A DNA stretch of 64,000 nt, taken from NCBI RefSeq assembly GCF_037042905.1, contig NC_087251.1, positions 43,898,001-43,962,000 on the forward strand, read 5' to 3'. How positions within the stretch are numbered: position 1 is the first letter of the stretch; each line of letters opens with the position of its first letter. Below, one piece after another: positions 1 through 11,400 of this stretch. Position numbers and translations under genes: made by a program. This DNA is from Lytechinus pictus. Taxonomy: Eukaryota. Below the pieces are notes generated by a model, which made no database searches, was not told where the DNA came from, and was given only the letters and a program-made list of their open reading frames with translations.

Positions 1-299
1 AACAGTTCCTGTATGTTTGAAGTTATACTGAATATAAATTGGTTTGATGTGATTTTTATGAGGAGTAACTTTGAAGAAGAGTCTCGACCATGATGTAAAA
101 TGTGAAATATTTTGTACATGTACCCTGGATAAAAAGCTGGAAACCAATATGGGAGTGTCCACCATCATAGTAAAGCGTCGTCATTAATATCGCAACATCG
201 GCATCCATTTGTTTCCGGTTTCTTCAAACTCGACACCGACTGGAAAGGTCTTTTATGTAAGAACAAATTTTAAAAAACGATCTCGAAATCTTCATTTTT

Positions 300-1465
300 C
301 TACCCTGTCTGGAATGAATTAGTATCAGAAGGAACAATATTTGTATTGTGTTTGCTTCGAGGATTTAATGAAAATGAATCCTACGAGAAAGTCGGCCGTC
401 AATCTCGTCATCCTAAGAAAACTTCTTTTTGACGTTCTGTCTTGACTGAATGTGTATCAGAAGAAACACTACAGTATTTGCATTTCTTTTTCTCCGTGGA
501 TGAGATAAGAATTAGTGCATCATATAGAATAAAACGTCGTCAATCTCGTCGCCGTAATTACGGGAATTTTTATTTTTTGTTCTGTCTTGAATGAATTGAT
601 ATCCGAAAACAGACTATTTGTATTTTGTTTGCTTTGTGGATGAGATAGAAATTAATGGATCACAGGAGAAAACGTCGTCAATCACGTCATCATATGTAAA
701 TTTAATTTTCTCAGTTCTGTCCCGAATGAATTGATACCCGAAAACAGACTATTTGCATTTTGTTTGCTTCGTGGACGAGAAAAGAATTAATGGATCACAG
801 AAGAAAACGTCGTCGATCTCGTCATATGTAAACTTTTATTTTCTCAGTTCTGTCCCGAATGAATTGATATCAGGAAATACACTTTTTGCATTTTTTTTTT
901 TGCTTCGTGGATGAGATAAGAATTAATGGATCACAGAAGAAAACGTCGTCGATCTCGTCATCGTCATATGTAAACTTTTGTTTTCTCAGTTCTGTCCCGA
1001 ATGAATTGATATCAGGAAATACACTTTTTGCATTTTGTTTGCTTCGTGGATGAGAAAAGAACTAATGGATCACAGAAGAAAACGTCGCCACTCTCGTCAT
1101 CATATGTAAACTTTTATTTTTTCAGTTCTGTCTCGAATGAATTGATATTAGGAAATACGCTACATGTATTTGTATTTTGTTTTCTTAGTGGATTTGACAA
1201 GGTTGGATCATTAAGGAAAGGGTCATGAAATATCTCGACATCATATGGAAACTTTTTTCATAAGTCTTGAATGACATGGTTTCAGAAAAAAACACTATAT
1301 TTTGTTTTGCTTCTTGGATTTGATAAGAATGGGTTGTAGAGCAAATCGTCATCACGCTCTTTTGTATTCTTGAATGATTTGGTATATCAGAAATACACTC
1401 TTTGTATCTTATTTTCTTCTTGTATTTGAGAAGAATGGATCGAGGAAAACGTCGCCAATCTCGTC
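300..1465 (+). repeat. Tandem minisatellite, ~135-140 bp unit, about 9 diverged copies; the last copy overlaps the start of the downstream ORF
   Basis: The motif gaatgaattgat...aaatacact...gcttcgtggatgag...aatggatcacag..gaaaacgtcgtc.atctcgtca recurs near 312, 447, 590, 725, 857, 999, 1135, 1268 and 1372. Confidence 0.9.
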
Positions 1466-2103
1466 AGTCGGATGTCTTCTTCAGTGCCAGTCACAACAAA
1501 CTCGAGACGGACCACCACAAGAATATCGACGACATCAGCTCCTCGTATCGCGAGTTCATGAGGAACCATAAGAAGGAGGTCTGGGAGGTGCACCGTACTC
1601 TGAACGCCATCAAGCAGACTGATAGTCTTACGTTTGCCGATGGCAAGCGGAGGACGAATTTTCACCTCGCTGCCGTGAAGGCGCGGAAGGAGTTCGCCTC
1701 GATGCGTCCGGGGATCTTAAAACGGGAACCGAAACTCATGAACATCGCTGAGCTCCAGCACTGGCACGAATCCGTTGCACCAACTTCACCTACAGCAGAT
1801 ACAGGACAACATGAATCTTCTACGACGAAAGAAAGTGGGTCGAAGAACGCGCCAATGGTCGCGGAGGCGGGAGCGATTCCAAGCAGACGACATACGTTTC
1901 CATCTGTGAATAAAATTTCCCAACAACCCCGCCCTGAGGGCATGGTGCCATTAGATGTTATTCGTAGGCGGTCATCTGCAGGTGGTATCCAATCCAATAA
2001 GACATACTTAGAACCAATCCATAGGAGTTCGATGAGGGATTTCCATCAGAGATCGAAAACATCTATTGGACGATATCGATTATCGGATGGACCTAAAAAA
2101 TAA
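1435..2103 (+). CDS. Uncharacterised protein (222 aa from ATG 1435): basic N-terminus, short predicted helical/coiled-coil segment, Ser/Pro/Arg-rich disordered tail
   Basis: The longest non-repeat ORF in the window (1402..2103), with a clear GC rise and many C/G-ending codons against AT-rich flanks. It starts MDRGKRRQSRQSDVFFSASHNKLE. No family confidently recognised. Confidence 0.6.
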   Translation: MDRGKRRQSRQSDVFFSASHNKLETDHHKNIDDISSSYREFMRNHKKEVWEVHRTLNAIKQTDSLTFADGKRRTNFHLAAVKARKEFASMRPGILKREPKLMNIAELQHWHESVAPTSPTADTGQHESSTTKESGSKNAPMVAEAGAIPSRRHTFPSVNKISQQPRPEGMVPLDVIRRRSSAGGIQSNKTYLEPIHRSSMRDFHQRSKTSIGRYRLSDGPKK

Positions 2104-2984
2104 GACAATACAGAAAGTTTGTGATGAATACATTTGATTAAACCTTGCGCCAGGGCTGAGTGTTTTGAGAAAATTGAAAATAATATCTAACTCGATTTCA
2201 GGAGGAGCAGTGCAGAAAGCAAGGATCGCCTGGTTTATTTTTATTGTCTTGGCGTTGAATTATTAGACGTGTAAGAATAGACCCATTCGGCATGATCCAA
2301 GTTTGCGCATAAAATAACCATTATTATTTGTCATTATATGGAAAGTTTAATAATAGACCTTTATTCGGCGTAATTCAAGTTTGCTTATGAAACTATGATA
2401 TTTGCTATTATTGAGAGTTAAAAAATAAACCTTATCGGCCTACCCATAACAATGATTTATTTCTTCCATTCTTTTGATATTTGATGGGCCATTTAGCAAC
2501 TTCATCCCGTTTTAATTAAAAATTTCGGGAAATAAGCGGGGTACAGCCAGGAAACTGACATTTGGGAGCAGAAAATATGAAGCACTCAATGGAAGTTATT
2601 ACTTCATACTTCTATTACTACTGTGAAATATTTTCATCCCTCAATATTCTATTTTATTTGTCTTGGTCTTACCCAGATAAACCTTTTCATTACGCATTTA
2701 CGCGTATTCGTGCCGCCACAAAGAAAAATTCTGCATACGATCATGCTCATTATTGATTTGATTTGATTCATTGTTTTCTTCTGCATTCATAGCATTCGTA
2801 TACAATACACTTTTTCATTACATAAAAAACATAATAATTGGTTGTTTTTTTTTTGGCATGAATCATAAAGAAAAAATTGGACTAAATATAAGTCATTCTA
2901 AACAAAAATGATCTACTACCAAATAGTTTTAACATTCACAGTTTGCAAGAGAAGGATTGTCATTATAAGCAGATTGATTGAAAA

Positions 2985-3755
2985 AAAGGTCGGTCCGAAT
3001 CTTGCGCATCGACCTACTTCTTCAGTTTTTAACCAATTCTCATGAAACTTGGAACACATATTGGTGTTGGGGTAAAGATGTGCAAGGCACATACTTCGCA
3101 TGTGCCTGAAATTGTGTTGCCATGGTAACTGTATATTATGGCAAAAATATGGTAAAAATCTTGCAGTTTGAACCACTTCCTCAGTTTTCAACCAATTTTG
3201 TGTGTGTCATAAATTATGTTACCATGGTAACGGCATAATATATAAAGTGAAAAGTTATATAAAAATATTTCGGATAGAATTACTTCATCAATTTTCTACC
3301 TATTCTCATGAAATTTGACTCGCACATATAGGTTTCGAGGTAAAGATGTGCGAGACACATATTTTTTGCTTGTTAGAAATTGTGTTGACATGGTTACACC
3401 ATATTAATTTTTATGCCCAAAATTAGGTAAAAGTGTTGCGGTTCGTACTAAATCAGTTTTCAACCAATTCTCATTGAATTTGGCTCACACATTGGTCTTG
3501 AGGTAAAGATGTGCAAGACATATTACTTTATATGTCAGAAATTGTGTTGCCATGGTAACATCATATATTTTAAAAACAATATGCAAAAGTCTTGTGGTTT
3601 GAACTACTTCATAAGTTTATAACAAATTCTTATGATATTTAGCTCACATATTGGTCTTGGGGTCAAAGTAGGCAAGACATATTTTTTCCATGTGTTTGGA
3701 ACTGTTGCCATGGTAACGGCGTACGGCGGGGGTATTAATCACCTTCAGTGATAGA
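2985..3755. repeat. Internally tandem-repeated (~170-185 bp unit) non-autonomous element, Helentron/DINE-1-like
   Basis: Repeated aaccaattctcatgaaa(c)tt(g)g...ggtaaagatgtgcaag...gttgccatggtaac units, ending in ggcggggggtattaatcaccttcagtgat. Confidence 0.55.
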
Positions 3756-3984
3756 ATTAAAATATTATAATTGACATTTCTTTTCCATCATATATAAGAA
3801 ATGTACGAGATTTTGATATCAAAGAAATAAAACTGTTTTCTTTGTAACACTCACATACCATTGTACGTGACGCTTAATTATTCAAACAACTTGATAAGGT
3901 TTGAAATATACTCTTGAATAGGCCTATACCAAATTTATCATATGATACATCGTGGTTTATAAATGAGGATAGGCAAAGTTCTGA

Positions 3985-4475
3985 CTTTGACTTCTGACTT
4001 TGAAACAGAGGGTCGTGGGTTCAAATCCCAGCCAAGGCGTAATTTCCTTCAGCAAGAAATATATCCACACTGTGCTGCACTCAACCCAGGTGAGGTGAAT
4101 GGGTAAACCCGGTAGGAAGAAATTCCTTGAAAGCTTTGAGCGCCTATAGGTAGCCCAGCTAAAGCCGTGCACTGTAAAAACTGTGGTGTTAAAACTGACA
4201 CCAGTGGGTGTTAATAGAGGACCACACCCTCTGGTGTTAAAATTACACCCTAGAGATTGAATATAACACCAAAGAGTGTACATGTAACAACCAAAGGTGT
4301 TGCAATAACACCTATAGGTGCTAAACTAAGACTGTCAATTTAACACTGGTGTAAATCACTGGTGTGGTCCTCTATGTACACCGGTTAACACCGCAGTTTT
4401 TGCTGTGTGATAATAATAGCAGGGCCCGCTGGGAGAACAGTTTTCAGAACTGAAGTGGCTTCCCTGGGTTAATAT
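3985..4475 (+). mobile_element. tRNA-derived SINE, interrupted by a CACTA-like MITE
   Basis: B-box-like ggttcaaatccc followed by the core ttccttcagcaagaaat..atccacactgtgctgcactcaacccaggtgaggtgaatgggta. The same core occurs on the minus strand at ~41400-41575 and ~52780-52860. Confidence 0.6.
4170..4407. mobile_element. CACTA/EnSpm-like MITE
   Basis: Ends CACTGTAAAAACTGTGGTGTTAA ... TTAACACCGCAGTTTTTGCTGTG, internal acacc/ggtgt subrepeats, flanked by TG on both sides. Confidence 0.6.
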
Positions 4476-6219
4476 ACCTATATTATTATATATGATTTTA
4501 AAGTAGAAAAAATGAAATAAAATAAGGTCGATTGATTGATTGAATGAATGGTTGATTGAGCTTTTACGACACTGCCAACACAGTGTTTCATATAACTGTC
4601 TGATTATTAATCTGTAAATGTAGTATTTGTTATACGTCTTGGCTTGTCTTGGGTTAAGTCGGCATGCAGGCTTGCTGTACTCCGCCAACTTTGTTAAGAA
4701 ACGCGAGGTCACCGAGTACACTAGACTTTTGGGTGATTTTTTTATCTGAAGGAGTCCAGTGAGTTTATTAGAGTTGTATCCATGTTCAGTAATCATTCCA
4801 GTGTTTATAGTGGTTCGAGGGAAAAAGCTGTATCTATGAGCATCACTTTTGACTAGCTGACTTTGGAGTTTGGTTTATTTCCCAGAGTCGTGGACAATTC
4901 TGCAATAGCATAGTTATTAAAAGACATTGTGCATGGCCGATCATCAAAAAAATGTGAATAATAATAATAATAAGAGCTATAGCCTGTAAAACAGAAATAC
5001 CTACAATGAAATTAAGGAAAATCAAGCAAACCTTTCGTGGACGAAGTTTTCAGGGTTTATGGCAACAAGACCTTTTATTATTTGGAACATTGGGCAAGCT
5101 ATGTTTCTGTCTATCTTCCCACCCCACCAACGAATCCCATTCTAAGGCCCGTAACCATGGTAACATGGTTGTGACGCTGCTAGTTCGTCTGTAGTTCCCC
5201 ATACAGAACAAGCTGCCTTTCTCTGAATGGCTTCTATCTTCTGGGTATCCTTCTTGTAATGGGGATCCCATGCAACGCAGGGGAGGGGGAGGGGGTGTAT
5301 TTCAGGATTGGTCCCACCAACGTTTAGTAGGAAAGTTTTATTTCCTTTGTTATATACTTAGTTATTATTCCTTTGTTATATTGTTACTTATGTAATCTAT
5401 GGATTGAAATAGGAAATAAGAAAATAACTAAAAGTTTGGTTTCTTCAACAAAATCCTTGCATTTCCATTTTGGACACTTACACTGATTGTCATAGTAGCA
5501 ATAGCAGAGTTATTAAAAGACATTGTGCATGGCTGATCATCAAGAAAATGTTGTGAAAAATAACGATAATAAAAATATTAAAAGCCAGCCTGTAAAACAT
5601 AAAAACCTGATGAAATTAAGGGAAATGAAGCATTAATTTAAAAAAGCTAAACTTTTTTATCCACTGGTTATTTTCTTTGATTGGGAAAAAGAGCACATTT
5701 AAGGATATTTTCGAGCAATGGGATTATTTTCTTATAATTACTTTCTGGTATCATTTCTTTAAACTGTTTTACTCACTCAATTGTGAATAAAACTAAGTTT
5801 TAGATAATAATAAGTCTTTTGTACTTTTGTATATCGTATTTGTGATATACAATATCAATAATCATTTTCTTCTTTCTAAGATTAACTTGTGGTGTGGCAT
5901 GGTAAGAAATGAAAGTCTAACAGAGTATTATTGATCAGGTTACATTTCCATAAACATGTATAAGCAAGAAAGACAAAGTCAACTAATTTGATTATTATTG
6001 CTTTTTATATATTTCTATCCATATGAATTATACAACACCATATAAGTCTTATATGCCATACAGTTTTTGCATATTGTAGAGTATCAAATATATCATTGTA
6101 ATATTTGTCAATCTCAATTTCTCACACATTGTAACAAAGCAAATCCAGTACTGAGTTGTTTTGTGGACAAAAATCTCAACTATTCAATAATATTTATCAA
6201 AATAATATATTCACATATT

Positions 6220-6800
6220 GTGAGTTCATTGACCCTAAATTATTAACTTTGGTCATGTGACATGAAACTTGCACAGGATTTTCAGTAGTACTTGATTACT
6301 CTTACATCCAAGTTTCATGAACTAGATCCATAAATTAAAGTTATGATGGCAATTCAAGAAATACCCCAACATGGCCAAAGTTTATTGACCCTGAATGACC
6401 TTCAACCTTGGTCATGTGATTTGAAACTTGGGCAGGATATTCAGTGAAACACCATTAGCCTTATGTCCAAGTTTCATGAACTAGATCCATATCCTTCTAA
6501 ACTTATGACATCACAAAAAAAATCTCAATGTTGATTTCCCCAACGTGGTCTAAGTCCATTGACCATAAGTGACCTTTTAGCTTTTACCTCAGTCATGTGA
6601 CCTGAAACTCACACAGGATGTTCAGCAATACTTGATTACACTTATATCCAAGTTTCACGAACCAGGTCTATACACTTTCTAAGTTATGATGCCATTTCAA
6701 AAATCTTAACCTTAGGTTAAGATTTCAATGTTGACGATACCACCGCCGCCAACACAAAAGCTGCGCCTATAGTCTTGCTCTGCTATGCAGGTGAGACAAT
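6220..6800 (-). mobile_element. Helentron-associated (DINE-1/HINE-like) non-autonomous element with internal tandem repeats
   Basis: Repeated ggtcatgtga..tgaaact / ccaagtttcatgaactagatcc units. The end tagtcttgctctgctatgcaggtgagacaa is the reverse complement of the element end at 46400 (ttttgtctcgcctgtttagcagagcgagact); a related end is at 36893-36930. Confidence 0.55.
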
Positions 6801-7173
6801 ATGAGAAAATTGTCATCTGCATCCCTTTCATTTTCAAATTTTCTCTTTCCCTTATTTTAAAATCCTGGACCAGCCAAAGATAAACAGATATTAAAAACAA
6901 TTGTAGGCTGATGAAACATCCCATTTTTAAGCTGGGAACAACATAGTTTATGAATATCAGTTCAATCATACACATATTCTTCATTCACACTTTTTAATAC
7001 ATGCAAGTAAGAAATAACCTACAACCGGCGAAAAACATCGGACAAGGCAGTAAAAGTTTATATGAAAATAAGTAAATGATATATACAAAACACTAAAATG
7101 GTACTAACACTAATAACAATCTATAAGAAGATAAATTCATAAAAATCTCAATGTTTCCAAGTGAGATTACATG

Positions 7174-7418
7174 ATGGCCGTATGCAACGCGGGGGGGGGG
7201 GGGGGGGGGGAGGGGAGCAATTCCCCCCCTAGAAATGTTGAAACTTGTTTTTTTACTTAAATTTCCACAAATTTTACCAAAGCATGCACAAATCCTTCTA
7301 TTTCAATTTAGAAAATACAAAAGCGTCCCCATGACAAACCCAGTCAATTCGCTCCCCTCCCTTGGGGTTTTTTTCGAAAATTTCTTGCATCTTGTCCCCC
7401 CCCCCTGCATACGGCCAT
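7174..7418. mobile_element. Poly-G/poly-C MITE (hAT-like)
   Basis: Inverted ends atggccgtatgca ... tgcatacggccat next to G and C runs. Confidence 0.6.
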
Positions 7419-7778
7419 TCATTACACATACATTTCAATATCATCATCAGCCATATTAGTATGAAAGATAAGTCATTTTTATTCTATAATGGGGTAATTC
7501 AGGTTGATTTTAATGATAATAATAATATGACAAGAAAATCATGACCTTTATTTCATTGCAAATTCTTTGTGCACTTTTAAGAATGAGAATTAAATATATT
7601 GCTTTTTTGTTCACAAAATAAACAAAATACAATCAGAGTAACGATACAGATCCAAAATATCACACACAAAGAGTTCATTATCAATCAAATAAAAATAAAA
7701 GAAATGATGAACAGGAACTGAGGTAAACAAACGTGACTTTGGCTTTATGTACATGAAATATAATGGAAGGGTTCTTAA

Positions 7779-8163
7779 AGCTAAATGATAGTAGTTGCAG
7801 TAAACACTGATTTTGTGAGAAAGTCTGTAAAACCAAGGTTAAGTATTACTATATCATCGTGGATCTAGATCTGGTACAGTTACTCTGTGAAATCATATAA
7901 TCTAAGCTGAAAAACGATCACACTGAAGATCGCCAACACAGATAGGCACACGTGGGACAGTATATTATTATTGCTGGAATAAAGACCCGACGGAAGTGCC
8001 CGAATCCGCGCTTATTTTGCTTATTTCTCAGCAATTACACAATTTTTTCAAGAAAGTCCTTTGGCACATATTTTTTATTCATACAAACAGACACTTTGGT
8101 GGTCATTATATTGGATTCTGTAAAAAGTCATTTTGAGATCGTTACCACAACTGGCATTTACCT
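7779..8163. mobile_element. Kolobok-like MITE
   Basis: TTAA|AGCTAAATGATAGT ... ACTGGCATTTACCT|TTAA. Related partial copies at ~15125-15450 and ~53010-53375. Confidence 0.65.
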
Positions 8164-8367
8164 TTAACACAGATTTAAAACAGAGTAGAGTTTGCATTAG
8201 ACTCAGAGTCAATCATATACCACAGTTTAAGTATTTTTTTCAACCACTTTGTGCAAAAATATCATTTACATCTTCTAAGTAAAAAATGATTGATATCAAT
8301 TGTAAAGTTGCAAGAGAAATTTGCAATTGATTGCCAATATTTCCTGCATCACCCTGGCTAAGGATGT

Positions 8368-8490
8368 TTACAATCTTGCTTGCAACGTGGATGATTTTTC
8401 GAGTATCTGCTGGACGAGTCGAGTGGTTTCCTTGGCGCATCCCCAGTGTAGAGTCACTCCATTGCCTTCGTGGCCATAGTTATGAACAAC
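8368..8490 (-). CDS. DDO: DDO/DAO exon 10 (VVHNYGHEGNGVTLHWGCA...ARL*)
   Basis: HNYGH motif, PTS1 tripeptide, stop codon. Confidence 0.93.
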   Translation of the reverse strand, partial: VVHNYGHEGNGVTLHWGCAKETTRLVQQILEKSSTLQARL

Positions 8491-11400
8491 CTGGTGTAAT
8501 GAGGAGGATGTCAAAGGAACAATAAAAAGACATTTCAAAGGAATTTGAATTAGGGGGGAGGAGCAAAGAGAAAATTTGAAAGTAGAGGGGGCACAGATGT
8601 ATATATTTTTATTCAGCTTTATGGGTGACTCAAAACACAGAGGGAGCATATGTCCATATCTGATTTTTTTTTTACAACTGATCATTCAAACTAATCAATG
8701 CAATCAATCGTAGAAGTCAGTCCCATGATCAAATGCTAAGTTTTATGCAGTGGCGAATCCGGGGGCGCAAGGATGCAAGCTCAATCTACATTTTGATAAT
8801 AATCCACAGGCGTCAATCCACACTTTGCCACTCTCCACCCAGGTGCTAAATGGGTACCCGGTAGGATGCGAAAGTTATTGTATGTTTGAATTTGCCAGCG
8901 CCATTATGAGGCTGCAAGGAATGCTCCCCAGGGAGTGGAAATTGTGCACTTTTTGTGCGGGATTGAAATGAATCCAATGACCGGGGTAACAATATGCTGT
9001 AAAACGCTATGAGCCGTTATGGAAAAAGCACTATACAAAAACTAGATATTATTTTTATAACAAACTATTATATATATTCATATTGTTATATAAATAAAGA
9101 AAATTAACATCTGCACCCCCTCTTTTTAAAAATCACGGGTTTGCCACTATTTATATTACAGTCAATAGTCTGATGTACATTTAAATCCTTGCTACGATTA
9201 CTAACCTCTATTTTCAATGCACCAAAGTTCATAGTTTCAGCCTCTAGTCGGACTCCTTTGGAACGGCATGGTCTCAGTCCGACCAAATGTTTTACAACCT
9301 CACTTCCCTAAAAACAAAAATACGATCAAAACTTAATGGAATTTGGCCATTCAAGCACCAATACCATATTTATACATTGGTAGATACGCATGCAGTCTCC
9401 AGCTTCTAACCTTCTTCGGACATAGGTTAGGAGAAGAAATAGAAGTCATATTTGACTTTTTTTTTCATTTAGGTCTATTAATTACTTCGGAAATAAAGAA
9501 AAAAAAAAGCAAGATCATATTTTTGGTGGAGCTTAAACAGACTTGATGCCCAAATAATAGATAAATCATCACCTGTTTGACCTTTTCTGAAGCAGTAGAC
9601 TTGTGTAAAGAGGCTATAGAGTGGGGGAAAGGGCTATGATTCTGTAGCTTACCATAATAATAATAATGATAATACTGTATGATACTTTAAGTGACCTTTT
9701 CTGAAGCAGTAGATTTGTGTAAAGAGGCTATAGAGTGGGGGAAAGGGCTATGATTCTGTAGCTTACCATAATAATAATAATGATAATACTGTATGATACT
9801 TTAAGTGACCTTTTCTGAAGCAGTAGACTTGTGTAAAGAGGTTATAGAGTGGGGAAAAGGGCTGTGATTCCGTAGCTTGCCTTAATAACAATAATAATAA
9901 TAATTATAATAATATTCAATATATATAAAGAGCTTAATATGTTTCTAAGCACTGCATACCATTACCCTGGCTTTAGCACGGCTACTCTGATCGAGTGATG
10001 GAACTGTTAGTACTTACCTTCAGATTTGGTAGTACTTGTGATGCCTTATCTAAGATGTATTTAGCATCCTCCTGGCTTGGTTTGGTATCCCATCTTCCAT
10101 GCTGATATGTTCCACCTAGGACCACTTGTCCATTCCTGGGGGTGGGGGTTGGGAAGGGGGTAGGGAGGGGTAATGATGACATTGAATCATAAATCATTAT
10201 TTGACAAAAGACAAAATAGCATGTCGTCCTTTTAAGCCCATGTAACAAAAGTTAACTTGATGTTAAGTCAATATGAATTTACATGAATGAACTTAAATAC
10301 AAAACAATATGTCTTCATCAAAATTGGATAGAAAAAAGAAACAAATCAAATTATAAGGCACTAAACATATTTAGTTCCATAATATAATGGTATGCAAACA
10401 AAGGATGTAGAAATTGTGAGATAATGAAGTCAAATCCACCATTTTATATGTCAAAGGTTCTTATAGATTTGATCATTAATCACTCCATTGCATTGCAATG
10501 AACTACTATGATATACTCTATTCCATGAAAGAGTCAAGTCTTGGAAGTAACCAAAAAAAACAACTAATGAACGAAACAGACTGGCTTCGGAGTTTAATCT
10601 ATTAGATGACATCAAGGTAGAATCGAAAGAAAATAATGAAGTGGCTGGCTGGATATTGATGGCTGTCATAAGATTAAATTCTGCACATTGTCACATATCC
10701 ATAAATATAAATCTTTTCAATTTTAATACGACTGTGACGATGTAATGTACTGTAATGTAATAATGACAAATAACAGGGAGAGACTATGAGTCCCCTTTTG
10801 GACTTGAACTTATTTGTTTCTGTTACCTTGGAAACACATAGAATGATCTATTGCCCAATCCTTTCATCCCGGCCTTGAGAGAGTACAGGATAAAGAAATG
10901 CTGCATCGGGGCTCGAACCTGAAAGAAAACATGAGATTCACTTTGAGCATCAAGTATGAAAGGAGAGTAATTAGGCGGTGCTGCACCATCCCGAGTTTGC
11001 TCAATCTCGAGATTTTAGCCAGATTGGCCCTCTTCGCGATAAATCTCAAGATTCAAGAAATCCCGTCTCCACCATCGCAAGAAGAGCGATTCCTGCTCGA
11101 GCGAGGCATCGATGCATTATGGTCTGACGCCGTGAATAGATAATCCCGAGTGCGTCTGCACCTACGAAATTTGCGCTAATTTGAAAACTCGGGATGGTGC
11201 AGACGGCCCTATTGAAGAGTGAAGAATTCAGAGTGGTAAAAGAAGGCAAAAGTGGGGTGGGGAGAGAGATAGAAGAGAGGGGGAAGGGTGGTGGAGTGGA
11301 GGGGAGGGGGGAGAGATGGAGGTGTGTGAATGTGTTTGTAATATAGTTCCAAAATTTATTGATCAAAATCCACACATATGATATTGGATCATTCTCAATT

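Noticed and set aside
300..1465. CRISPR-like regular repeat spacing
   Set aside because: The whole unit is repeated with no unique spacers, the context is eukaryotic, and there are no cas genes
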